Below are positions 13,851 to 27,500 of a stretch of DNA of 64,000 bases, piece after piece. Below the pieces are notes generated by a model, which had not been told where the DNA came from, did not search any database, and worked only from the letters and a program-made list of their open reading frames with translations. A program made the translations under genes and the position numbers. The stretch comes from Nemertoderma westbladi. Lineage: Eukaryota > Animalia > Xenacoelomorpha. Numbering within the stretch: the stretch's first letter is position 1; the number at the start of each line of letters is the position of its first letter. The stretch is taken from the NCBI GenBank assembly GCA_032718475.1, contig JAUCBJ010005435.1, positions 1,417 through 65,416 on the forward strand. The letters are read 5' to 3'.

Positions 13851-16160
13851 TATTTCTAAAGGGACATATTTCTAAAGTAGTTTAAAAAATTTCCAAATTG
13901 TAATTTTTATTTATAAATTTCACTAATATATTTAGAAAAAAAGCGCTGCTACACTGAAATACTAATTTTGTATTTGAGATAGGTTTGACAAAGTTTAACC
14001 TTTGACAAAATCGTTTCAACATCATTGAAGCGTTTGACACGGTGGTTTACATCTGCCCAAGTACCGAAGACTGTTCGGCCACTGTTGACCGAAGTGGTAG
14101 ACTAGACACAGACAGAGGGCCCGGTGGTGGCAGACAGTGGGTGCGGAATGGTAGACAGTGGGCCCGGTGGTGGCAGACAGTGGGCGCCGGGGCGCGGAGA
14201 GGAGACCGTAAATGCGTGCCGACTCTACTACTATTAGGGAGTCATTTACATTAGATACATACAGTACAGTGTATACAACTCATTGTGTTTCATAGCAATC
14301 ACATCAACCACAATTCAAAACACCGAAAATATGGTTAAAACGTAAAATTGTATAGTGCATTGATTAATTGTCGGTATTGCTGCTGCTACATGGGATAAAC
14401 ACACGGCCGCTAACTATTACAACTACTGGTGGTCCCAGACTCAGTGGTGCTAGACGGCCAAGCCTATAAGCTAACTCATTGCAGCATCTGGTATTTCTCA
14501 TATCATGTATATTAAAATTAAGTGTTGCAAGCAAATCGATTGGGCCCCTGTTGGATATGTTGGCTTTGTAGTATGTGAAGTTGGGAAATGTCGTTAGTGG
14601 CAGGTGATATGCCTCAATGGAGGTCGCCTATCTAATTATATGAAGTATTAGTCATCATCTTTGCATATTGATACCCCTCCTGGTTACCAATCACTATACA
14701 GGGGAAGGGGGTTTCGTTTCAAAGCCTAACAGATGGGGACAGGTTGTTTGTTATTTTGCAATAAATATAAATATAATTTATTATTTTATGGCGATTTAAC
14801 AATAAATTAAGTTGGTTTATTGCCGTTTCGGAGACAAACCTAATCAGATTTGTACAACGGCAACAAATAGGGTAATTTGGGCATTAATACTAAAGCTCCA
14901 GCTAGGGTATAGGTAGATAAGGATGGCCAGCTTTGCAGCCTGTGTGTGTTGGTTATATATTATGGATGGGTAACTGGCACGCCTTAGTCTGACTAGTGTA
15001 CTTCTATCAGGCACAATAGACACACATACATCCTGTCAGTAATAGTTGGCCAGTAATAAAGGGAAGTATATGTGTAGGAGGAATTAATAAAGAGGTGCTG
15101 TGTGGCAGGCCTATATTTCCTTCAACTGGTATTCGCATATATCTGTAGTTGTAGTCATTTATTTTATTTTTTATTGCAATAATTTGCCAACTTACTCAGG
15201 CTATGGTATTTACTATTAATAGCTCTTCGCCTGTGTTTAAAGTTCAGAAGTTTGCTGGTAGGTTTTAATTATTTGATCGAACTGAACAGTCGTTATTCAA
15301 ATACTTTAGTTCGTTTGAGATTAAATATTTACCAACATAGCCAACGGTTGGTCTTTGTAAAAGATTTATAGTTAACTTAATTAAATTTGGTGTACTGTTT
15401 AGACTATGTTCACCATGACAGCAATATAGTCCGTCACATCTAATCAGCTGTTTTTTAGAGATTTTTTTGTACGGTATATCATTAAAATCTAAATACATTT
15501 TTTCTGCCAATACTGTTATATTAGAAAAACTGTAATAGCTTATTTAATAGCTGAATGAATAGGGCCTACTATATATTTTATTTCTAACTTTAACAGATTC
15601 ACGTTATGCATCATAGGTGGGGTGGTGCTATCCTTCCACATTCTATATATATATATATAGAATGCTGGAATATATATGTATAATATTTAACATTGCCGCC
15701 AACTCAAACAAACAAACACTTACAATATGGCAATTTTGTAGTGAGTAGATAACTCTTTACCGTTACTTCAAGTTGACCCAAGTTATCTTTCCTGCCACGT
15801 TCTTATGTTATGTTTACGTTTCTTAGTGAACTTTGATCTGTTATTCCATGTATTTAGTGTATGAAACATTGCCTCCTATCTCTATACCATTACTTCTTAT
15901 TGGTATTAATTGGAATAAGGGGTACTTGTGTTGGATAAGATACCGTAGACAGTTCCCATAACGATTAACGTACTATCAGTGCTATTGAATGAGATTAGCA
16001 CTACTAACTCGACTAACTAACTATATATATATGGGAGTATTAATTTGCGAATTTTGAGCGTATGAGCGTAGTGTAGCTGTCGAGTGTAGAAGAGGTAGAT
16101 AGTTTCAAACAATTTCCAAATATTTTTTTGACTATTTACTATAATATTATAATATGTGTG

Positions 16161-16217
16161 ATGGCGGCTACTCGATTATTCGACGATGTGTATTCTTCCG
16201 AAGATTGCGATGACATG
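16161..16217 (+). CDS. Candidate first coding exon (MAATRLFDDVYSSEDCDDM)
   Basis: ATG-initiated 19 codons ending at a perfect donor ATG|GTAAGT in phase 0, matching the phase-0 acceptor at 20717. No homology support. Confidence 0.45.
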
Positions 16218-19200
16218 GTAAGTCGTCATTGGAATCATTGGGTTGACTATTAATATCCGTCAAAGGTCAAACAGTGAAATTTATCATTTTTTTCGGAAAT
16301 TTTATAATTTGAGAAATATAATTGTTTATTAACGATACTTGGTGAGAAACTTTTTACACTATTCTCGAAGCATTTTATGTACCGAGCCCAAGCGAGGTTA
16401 ATAAATGGTCGGGAGAATATTGAAATAATATGTTCTATGTAGGCGGCCTACTGACGTACTTATATTTCATCCAGAGACTGGGGGAAACTGGACGCAAATT
16501 CCATCGTGGCGAATTAATCTATCAATTTTATTACCAATTTTAAGGAAAGGATTAGGTTACAGTGGCATGTTATTCTAACCAAAACAAACGAAAGTTAATA
16601 TAACTGGTTCCAGTTTCATTTTTGACATAGTAATCAGCTGAATATTTGCGTCGAAGGTTTTATTAATGATTTTGATATAGACTTTTATTATACTGTGTGT
16701 CGTGTGCCATCTACTGTGTGTCGTGTGCCATCTACTTTGTATCGTGTGCCATCTACTATGTGTCGTGTACCACCTACTGTGTGTCGTGTGCCATCTACTG
16801 TGTGTCGTGTGCCATCTACTGTGTGTCGTGTGCCATCTACTGTGTTTCGTGTGCCATATACTGTGTGTCGTGTGCCATCTACTGTGTGTCGTATGCCATC
16901 TACTGTGTGTCGTGTGCCATCCACTGTGTCGTGCGTGAGGCATCTAGTGTGTGTCGTGAAGCAACTACTGTGTATCGTGTGTCATCGTGTGCCATCTACT
17001 GTGTGTCGTGTGTCATCTTTGGTGTCTCGTGTGCCATCTAATGTGTGTCGTGCACCATCTACTGTGTGTCGTGTGCCATCTACTGTGTGTCGTGTGCCAT
17101 CTAAGTACTGTGTGTCGTGTGCCATCTACTGTGTGTCGTGTGCCATATACTGTGTGTCATGTGCCATATACTGTGTGTCGTGTGCCACATTAGGTGTATC
17201 GTGTGCCATATACTGTGTGTCGTGTGCCATATACTGTGTGTCGTGTGCCATATAATGTGTATCGTGTGCCATATGCTGTGTGTCGTGTGCCATATACTGT
17301 GTGTCGTGTGTCATATACTGTTGTCGTGTGCCATCTACTGTGTGTGGTGTGCCACATTAGGTGTGCCGTGTGCCAAATACTGTAAAGTTGTTCGGTATAT
17401 TATCTATATCTATAATGAATAGGTGGCTATGAAGTATGAACCTCATGACAGCAATTAATACCCAACGCTTGGAATTTTTTTCCCTATCCGTACTGGTACT
17501 TTTAATTTCATTTATAAATTTCCACCCACAATGAACTATATGGAAGGATTGGCGTATAATTTCGGTAATCCCACCTATCATTTGGATTTTATTTTTTATC
17601 ATAATCTTCTCCTCTGAGGTTCCATTGTTTATGATGGAACATTGTGGAATTCAGGTGGTTCTGACCAATTACTCTAATGGAAGTAGCGAGATTTGAATTA
17701 CGCTTAACCTCACGGCCTAACCGCCTGGGTTTCCTTTTCTCGTAAACCAACTTTCCTGTAAGTCTTATCCGTAATGGCCTGCTCAATTTGCACCACGCTG
17801 ATTGAGTGATTGCTTCCTGCTAGCGTTATTTATATTTTGGAGGCCCTCAGCTGTCCTTCTCCACTCATCCAAAATCAGTGTCTTATTATTACAGCGATAC
17901 CAATACTAATTTAGTTGTTTCATATTATTTATATTAATTCATTACCGGTACGGTTTTAATTTTTGTTCTGTAATATTATTGTTTTGATACCGGTATTAAA
18001 TTATGTGTATGTATAATGAATTATATTATATTTACAACTATTTGTGTTTGTTATATTTTACTGTTCGCAATTTATGTTGCTGCACTAACTGTATATTATT
18101 GTACCGGTACTATCTATAAATAGATATATTTATTTTCTGTATCTGAACAAAAGTGACCCTTCTGTAGCCTACTTTTTTTGAAAACCTCCTAGACATTCAC
18201 ATAACTTCGTACAATTTTAATAAATCATACTCATACAACTATCAGAGTAATTTATGGCATATAATAAAATGAATCCTGTACATTACATACAATATTAATT
18301 ACCTGTAATAAATCCGGGCATCGCTAGACAGATATATTTATTGCCAATTATTAACATTTCAAATAAGCTTTCCATTTTTCTGAATTTATGCAGAATGCAT
18401 GTACTTGTACTATATATATATATATATATACTATTACACAATACAATTGAATACATGCATACCATACATTCACAACATGTACTTGTAGTCAAGATAAAGA
18501 ATACCGTACCTATACTATATTTATCCTGATATTCTATAAAAAAAAACTCATTCCTTGATGTAGAGTTTTTTCTCTTACATTAATCTAAAATTGTATTTCT
18601 AATTTTTATAATTTATGCTATTACTATTAATTATGATTCAATTTATTCTATTCTACCCCATGTCCTGAAATATAGTGTCGTTATATATATATAATATATA
18701 CCAGCCACCTCCCCCCCAATTTTTCTACAAAACGTAATGAGATTGTATGCAATTTGAAACAAAGTTAGTTTCATCTCCCTCCTACTTCGTGGGTGAGCCA
18801 GAACTTTTACTTTTGCCTTCATTCTTTAGCTACAATCGTTTAAAAAAGTGTCTCCGTCGATATTGTACCAGTTACATCGCAGTTATTCATCCAACTTTTA
18901 GTGATTTATTGGTACTATTGGAAAGCTGATCGGGCAAGGATTCCAATTCTGTAAAAATATTTGAATTTGGTTAGGAAATAGCTGAGATATTGGCATTCGA
19001 ATTTTGCATGTATTTGCTTTCGCTGCAGGCCATTTATTCAATTGAATAAATACACAACGTTCTAGATAAACTATAAGAAGGTTTGAGATGTCAGTTATAT
19101 TTGATGAAAAGTTCTGGGTTGGAGCAAGTTAAATATTATTTATTAATCAATTTCAAATATAAATATATTTCGGGAGCTCAGCGAGCTATCATTATCAATA

Positions 19201-22200
19201 AAGTACTAATTCTAAAATAAATTGCAGAATTGACTACCGTTACGCAGGGACTGGGATCGAATCGAAATCGAATCGAACGAATTTCACTGGGTCGAAATCG
19301 AATCGAAAGCTTTTTTCCATAAATCGAATCGAATCGAAAAATGACGAAATCTAATCGAAAATGTGCTGAATCGAATCGAAAAATATATGGGAAATCGAAG
19401 ACGAAAAATTGCTTTCGATTCGATTCGATGCCAGTCCCTGCGGCGTTACGTATGACTTGAAATCTGTTGAAAATTGAACAAAAACAGAATAAATTTCTTG
19501 TAACAAAAAACATATGCTACTATATACGCTACACATACATCTTACATATACTTATCTTACTACTATCATATACTTATATATCTTACATATAGTAGCATAT
19601 ATATTTTTTGTTACAAAAAATTTGTTCTGTTTTTTGTTCAATTTTCAACAGATTTCAAGTCAACGTTACAGTTACGGTAGTCAATTCTACAATTTATATT
19701 AGAATTAGTACTTTATCTGTTTATTGATAATGATAACGCTGAGCTACTGAAATATATTTATATTTGAAATTGAATAATAATATTTAACTTGCTCCAACCC
19801 AGAATTTTTCATCGAATGTTCTAGAACATTTTGATTATGTATTAATATTCATGTACTCGTATTATCATGTAGGAATTGCATTGTTGCCAAGCTACTTATG
19901 AGATAAACAAAATGTTCTAGAACATTGTAAATTAAATTTAAATGGAATAAATGGCTTGCAGCGGAAGCAAATACATGCAAAGTTGGAATGCCCATATTGC
20001 AGCTATTTCCCAACCCAAATTAAAATATTTTTACATATTTGGAATCCTTGCACGGTCAGCTTTCCGCTGGTACCAACAAATCACTAAATGTTTGAAGAAT
20101 AACTGCGGTGTAAATGGTGCAATATCGTCGGAGACACCTTTTTTAAACGCTTGTAGCTAAAGAATGAAGGCAAAAATAAAAGTTCTGGCTCACCCACTAG
20201 CACTAAGGAGGAGGGAGATGAAACTAACTCTGTTTCAAATTTTATGCAATCGCATTACAATTTGCAGAAAAATGTAGGGGGGGGGGGGGGTACCTGAATA
20301 ACGACAATATATTCCAGGACATGGTGTATTCTGTTTCATGAATTAATTGCCATTGCAATATGGTTATTTTATTGTATTGTTCTTACTCATTAATTAAATT
20401 ACTATTTTTGTCGAAATGGAGTTCCTTCCTGTTCTTGTTGAGGAAGTAGATGCAGAAGTAAGTAGAAGGAAGTAGAAGTTAATTTGTTGCTTTGAAAATA
20501 AAATGCTGTTTGTGCACCAGAGTACCAGCGCCTGATAGAATACATAATTAATTATGCAGCATTTTTTTTGCAGATCGCCCTAATTTAAACCATACACCCC
20601 AACCCTAAGTAATAATCTATTAAATTTCGCAACCAGGGCCCTGCCCTTCGGATCAAACACAACCGGTCTACTTCCAGTAACTAACCACTAAATCTCTTTC
20701 CAATTTCCATTTGCAGACCAACCACGAACGACTGGATCTCAACGTCCAAGAAGTTTTGGCCTCCCTGTATCCGCCATTCCGGGAAACCGCCCCCATTCTG
20801 ATTGGCCAGGCTTGTATGATAGTAGACCACCAGTTCGCCGGCGACGAGTTTGCTTTCCTTACGGACTTCCTATTGGTTGCTAAGCCCATTCTGCAATGCG
20901 TCAGGGAGGAGGCCAAAGTTTGTGTAAGTATTCCTTATCATAGTTATAAGGCCTATATTATGCCTTACCATGGCCTACCTACCTATACCTATAACACCAC
21001 CGCATAGGTTTGTATGTTATATAAACGCCTAAAGTCCATGAGATACACCCTCAGCCTTAGATTCGGCTGGTGGCTTATTCAGGGATTCACCTTGAATTTA
21101 GTTTCGACGTTTGTTTTTCCCGCCAAAAAAGGCACAGCTTAATGAACATTAAATAGGTTACAATGACTTTCAGTCAAACCAAAACAAGTAAGTTATTAAA
21201 AGTTTTGTGATTATGGCCTGAGATGGACCAACAAACTGGTTGGTAAAGCAATTTATTTGACTCGGTCAAATAATAAATTGCGGGGATCTCAAATCTTGTG
21301 ACGAACTGAGATGTGGCATTGGGATAGGGAGCAACGGCGGGGTCGATAAAATACCATTCGACGTGATTTATTACAGCGATGTAGGTTAATGTCGTTACAT
21401 CTTTGTTATTCTCGTATTTTAGTTGGTATGGAAGTCTGACAACGTCGCTATTCTACCGGAGGGATGGCCCTTGGTCTACAACAATCTCATACTCGTCCAT
21501 CTTCTCGAAGTTGAACCCCACCATCTGCGTCCCGGTGATTTCTACTTCGTCGTTAAATGCCTCGCCCCCCGCACCGTAAAACTATTCCTGAAATTCGTCC
21601 GAGATGGTTAGTAAGATAAACAAAATATTTATTATTTGTTCCCCCACTATGGAATAATATGCACAAAATGTATGTATCTATGCCATCGTCACATCGGCTC
21701 TGAAATACTTTAAAATATAAAACAATACTTTTATTTTTTTAATCTCTGAATTCAATGCGACTGTGTCGCGCAACTGACTGCGAATGTTACCGAAACTTCA
21801 GCCAAGTTTTATTCGTTATATTTTTTTCCTTTTACTTTTAGAATTCGAAAGTTTTTATCCCAATTCCCCATATCAAGTATAATAAGCCATTCAATTGATA
21901 ATGTCTATCGTGGAGTGACTCGAACATGTTTTTTTCTAACAAATAATATACCGGTAACCAAATTTAACCATATGGAACAAGTAGTCAAGTGAATCTAGCA
22001 AAAAAATGAGAAGTATTTCGCAATCAATCCGAACCACGCATTTTGGATTCTATATTACCTTATTAATGACCAAAAAAAAGTCTATAAAATTTTATTTTAC
22101 GGATCATATGTTTATTCATGAAAATTCTGCTTAAATTTGCATAACACAAGCCAAACAAAAGGAACAGTAGGGAAAAGTAAGTAGCAAATTGGTGATGTTC

Positions 22201-24524
22201 CAGAATATTTTAATTAATTTCACAATAAGGTGTGATTCAATGGGAAATTAGTAATATTTACACTGGCGTGTTACACATTAATTGCTATATCTCGGTAACT
22301 AAAAGTCGCATCAAGTTTTTAAATATATCAACAACTTCACGATATATTAAGGTAACTGTTGTAAAAAAATTATACAATTCCACTGCAAGGAAATTTCATA
22401 ATTTCCATTAATGTTAGTGAAGATTTTTCACATACTTAAATTGTGATTGCTCTATTGATTTTAGGTGTAATTAATTTATTTTTTTTTAGTTTGAAAACCG
22501 CAATTAGTTTATCATATAACAAATACATTTTTTGGGGATAAGGGTTTTTGAGTTCGATAAATCCGATGGGCGAGGTTACATCCACCCGTTTAGTAGAGAA
22601 GTTGTGTAAATAAGATCCTTATATTGTACCAGCAAAAATATTATTAAAAATGGTTAAATTATTAGACAAATTTCCGTTGCTCTGGAAACTAAATTGGTAA
22701 CCATATAGAAGTGCATACTTCTGTCAATCGATAGTCATTAGAGTAAAGTTTGTCTGTACGAAATTTGGAGAAAATCCCACCAATAGACCCCTTGTTGCTA
22801 TGTAAAATCCATGTTGCTAAGGAAAGAAACAGCAAATTGAAGGAGATCCGCATAATATATTTTTATAGACTTTTTTGGGGGTATTAACAAGGTAATGTAG
22901 AATAACAAAAAATTTGGTTTGGGTGAATTGCGAATTTGTTATGGGTTGACCCCCTTTTTCGGCTAGATTGACTCGCCTAAAGTACAACTATTTTTCTACC
23001 TGATCCATGTATTATTTTACTTGATACAGGTCGTCTTCATCACAAAATAATCTCCGAGGATTATTTCGACATGTTATTTACTCACGAATGGCTCGTCGGT
23101 CTTCCAGAAAATACCGAAGCCAACCCTCTAAAGCACTGCGTGCTGTGTGGACCCCAAGGAGTCGTTAGGTAAGTTAGTTACACCAAGGTTCCACCTTGGA
23201 GTTAGTAGTGGTCGCATTGAATTCACATCTCCCGTAGGTCGTGGGTTCGATCCTCACATGGGCCAGGGCAGTTTTCGTTTCGGCACGAATGCTTTAAAGG
23301 GACCAGCCAGGGCGCATCGCTGCCTTGCATCCTTAAGTAGTAGCTAAATGAGTAATGGAGTTTCCTCTGGGGAGTAAAGTTCTGGGGGGACCCTGGAAAT
23401 AAGTCGTCAGACTTTGTGCGTAATCCCTGGCCTATCGGCCGAAGAAAATTTACTTTTACTTTACTTTACTTTAGTTTAATGTCTTTATCCCAATCTGTTA
23501 GTAACATGTTGCTTGTTGTTGATTACCCCGCCGTAAAAGATAACTGTTTTTTTTACCCCCTTAAATTTATTTTTATCAGGTTAACATGGGAAGAAGTTAC
23601 CCACCCTAAATGCCAGTCGTCCGATACAATATTGATGCATTCTCTTCGCCGCTCAAAGAAATTCCAATCCAAAGCTTCCCGCGCCAGTATGTCCAGCACG
23701 GGCTCAGTTAGCTCGGAGGCAGAACTTACAGACAGGTAGGTTAGGTTGTTCGGTTATTAATTGTTGGTCAGCCGGTCTGTAAGTGTCCGTCAAGGTTGGT
23801 CGGTTATTGTTGGTCAGCCGGTAGTGTCGGTCACTTAACTTACAGACAGGTAGGTTAGGTTGGTCGGTTATTGTTGGTCAGCCGGTTTGTAGTGTCGGTC
23901 ACTTAACTAACCGACAGGTAGGTTAGGTTGGTCGGTTATTGTTGGTCAGCCGGTTTGTAGTGTCGGTCACTTAACTAACAGACAGGTAGGTTAGGTTGGT
24001 CGGTTATTGTTGGTCAGCCGGTTTGTAGTGTCGGTCACTTAACTTACAGACAGGTAGGTTAGGTTGGTCGGTTATTGTTGGTCAGCCGGTAGTGTCGGTC
24101 ACTTAACTTACAGACAGGTAGGTTAGGTTGGTTATTGTTGGTCAGCCTGTTTGTAGCGTCGGTCACTGAATTTACTTTGGAGTAGCGCCAACTTAATGTT
24201 GCCTGTGCTGTGCGGCTTATTTATTATGAACTATTGTGTCTGTCCGAGTCCGTCTAATATTTGTTGCAGTCTCATGTACAGGCATTATACGGTAAGGTAT
24301 ATATAGATCCTGTTCCTGTACTATAATACTCTAAGTGACATCCTCCAATATTTTTTCCACTTCTGAACAAAAAGCCCTAGACCATGTATTAATTACAGTC
24401 GTATTATCACCTTAACCACAATTCATTGATTTGAGTTTGTTTGTAGTTTGCAGCTTTACGTGTAAGTCTGGTTTGATTTTGTTTGCCTTTCTTCGTCTAC
24501 TCACTCTCTTTTTCTGTCTGTCTG

Positions 24525-24589
<65 letters not shown>

Positions 24590-27500
24590 GCCTGTCTGTC
24601 TGTCTGTGTCTGTCTGTCCTCTATTAGTATTAACTAAGTATTTTCTTTCCAACAGTCCGAGTCCGAAACCGTCGCCAAAGATTTCAGATAAATTCCGTAA
24701 ACACCGGAGTCCCTCGATCGACTTCAACGGATTGAACCGGTCGATATTCGGTAGAAAATCATCTTCGAAACTCCAACAGCCTATCAAAGAGGAATCCTTC
24801 CGCGATCGCAGTAAAACACATCCAGACTCTAATAAATCTAACAGTCTAACTGTGGGCCTATCCGCAAATTGTTTAAATAATTACAGTAAGGAAACCCCGC
24901 CCCCCTCACATGCGGAATCGGTTCCCCCATCTAGTGCCCCCTACCTCCCCCCCACATCCCCCCTCCTCCGTCGCCACCCCAAGCTGAACGCCGTCGGCCG
25001 TCGGTCAGCTCGCGATCGTCCCGCTTCCATCGCCGACGCCTCCAGTCTGGGCCTCGCAGCCGGCGGTTCCCTCCCAACCTCCGGAGTCTCCACGCCCAGT
25101 CTCCCGGGGTTACCGAAGTCCCAGACCTACACGTCCGGCGTCGGGGAGGTCAGCTCCACTTCCGTCGGTTACGGTGACGTCATCGTTGCCAGGCGACTAC
25201 ACGAGGCGCTGGAACACAGCGCGCAGACGGTGCGCGGCGGATGGATCGAGACTGACCTGGACGCTGCCATGGCAACGGTTTCCTCGACGACCGGAGACGA
25301 CGCAGAGCCTCCCTCGCCTACAGCCGACTTAGCTCAACGCCTTGCCGAAACTGAAAGTTTATTAGGCAACGCCGGAACTCCTCATTCCTCTCTTCATTCA
25401 GAAAGTTAGTTGAAATTTATTCACTTATATTATCTGGTTGTTCTCTTACAGGGGCGGCCAAGTCAATGACTATATAATTGTGTCATCTATGTAACATCAT
25501 AAAGTTGTAAGTTCATACGTAGAACGTAAATACACTTAACAATATATTTTGGTAGTTATTCGATCGAAAATAATGTCGCTAAAAATCTATCGAAATTTTT
25601 TTCATTTGCGATGAGTTTCGATTAATTTTTTAACTATAGAATTTTAAACTTTTTTTAACAAAAAGCTTAACATACAGTTTTTTATTAATTTTAATTATTC
25701 TGTAATTTTGAATGTTAAAATTTTAGAACAAAACTAAAAGTACATAAACACACAGTATTCTAATACTCATAATGCATTTGTACTCTATCAATCCATTCAT
25801 TATTTAATCTAAATATAACAAACCGTTCTCAACCAAATTGTAAATTGTAAAGTGCGACTTTACACAAATAATTTTTTTGAAATATTAAGCATATTATTAT
25901 TTTTAGAGTACCAGTTAAATGACTGGGAGGAAATCTTGGGATAGGTGTAACGCCCACGGCCCACCCCTACCCTCGGGTAGCAGCTATCGAAAGAGGAGCC
26001 TTCGGGTCGCCTTCGGGTCGCCTCCGGCTTCGACCGACTGTTTGCTTGCTTGATTCTTTATAAAATAAAATTTTTATAATAGTAACCAATAAATAATTGA
26101 TAATTTTTTTATATATTACATTGGTAATAATCGAAAATCATCGGTAATCAATCGAAAATTTCAGTAAATCGATCGAAATATTTGGTAAATTTCGATGGAC
26201 AACGCTAACTATAAATCACCAAGAATTTAGTATTATGAGGATGGAGTGGATGGAGTTAATTTATTTTTATTTCAATTAAATTTGTGATAAATAATTAAAA
26301 GTCAAATATTCAGACATCAAATTTCAAATTTGGCTACTTTTGACTGGAATGACTCTATTGTGCAATCCAGGGTTACCTAAATTTGTCTACGTAATACCCA
26401 CACGTTAGTGGAGCCTCCCCACAGGGCGAAGTTAGCAATCGTAGCACATAAGGTGCGAATAAGGCCCTACTCGAGCAGCTGGGTGCACCCAAGCAAATTA
26501 TATTGACACAGTTTAATTTAATCAAAGATCGAGAGTTAATCTGATAAAATAAGCCTGCCACCTTTCGCCGACTGACAGACAGACCGACCGACCGACATTC
26601 ATCGGTTAATAGCGATACCCGTATATGCTATAAATCTCTCTTTTTCGGGGTTCGTCCTTGAACTTGTAACTAAAGGAAGCATTACTGTGCGGTGCGGGAG
26701 ATGGGCTATCAATCCGTTATATCAGTGCACATAGTTATTGGCGTGTAGTTAACTTCTTTAAAGTAACCGGCCATTGTTTGTTTACATGTATGTATACCCA
26801 TCATATTTACCTAAAACGCTTTTATAATTAATTTAGATTAATACTTTTTTTTGCGATAATTTGGCGGCTACTTTTGTCACTTTTGACGAGAATCAACCAC
26901 GTAATAATTTATATTTTTGATATGCATATTCAATTCAAACTTTTTTTTTCAATAATTATCTTTATAATTAATTATTGGCCATTTATAGTTATCAGAAGAA
27001 AGATATATATCTTGTATGATTCACTAATAATAAACTACCTCAGCAATAAACCTGTTTTTTTATTCTCTCTCTTGTAGGACCCTCTCCATATACGAATTCC
27101 TTCATTGCCAGCCAACTATGCATCTCCATACCCCGCCAATGTATAGAAGTTAACTTCGAATTGTTACATTCCGGTTCTTGTATCATTCCAGGTATGTAAC
27201 ATTCAGTTAATCCTATGTGATTCTCTTTACTCTAATAACAGTATTTATCATTTTAAATGATTGTTATTCCAAAGTTTGTACTTTAACGTGGTTTTCGTTC
27301 TGTTGTACATTATTACTAGAGTATACGTGGCTATATCTCACAATTCAGTTACATTTAATTAATAGCGAATAAAGGAAATGCTTTGGATATATTGGGATAT
27401 TATTGGGATATCAATATTATTTATGGGGAGGGGATACTTCATTAAATATTTTGGACGCGATATTAGGCGAGTTCTTATCAATGTAACTATATCAACTAAA

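Noticed and set aside
16575-17422. Cys/His-rich repetitive ORFs
   Set aside because: Translations of a 21-bp minisatellite. This array is not at a recognisable splice junction, so it is not counted among the junction arrays.
23190-23270. tRNA gene
   Set aside because: It has A/B-box-like motifs but no convincing cloverleaf, and it continues into a SINE-like body and simple-repeat tail.
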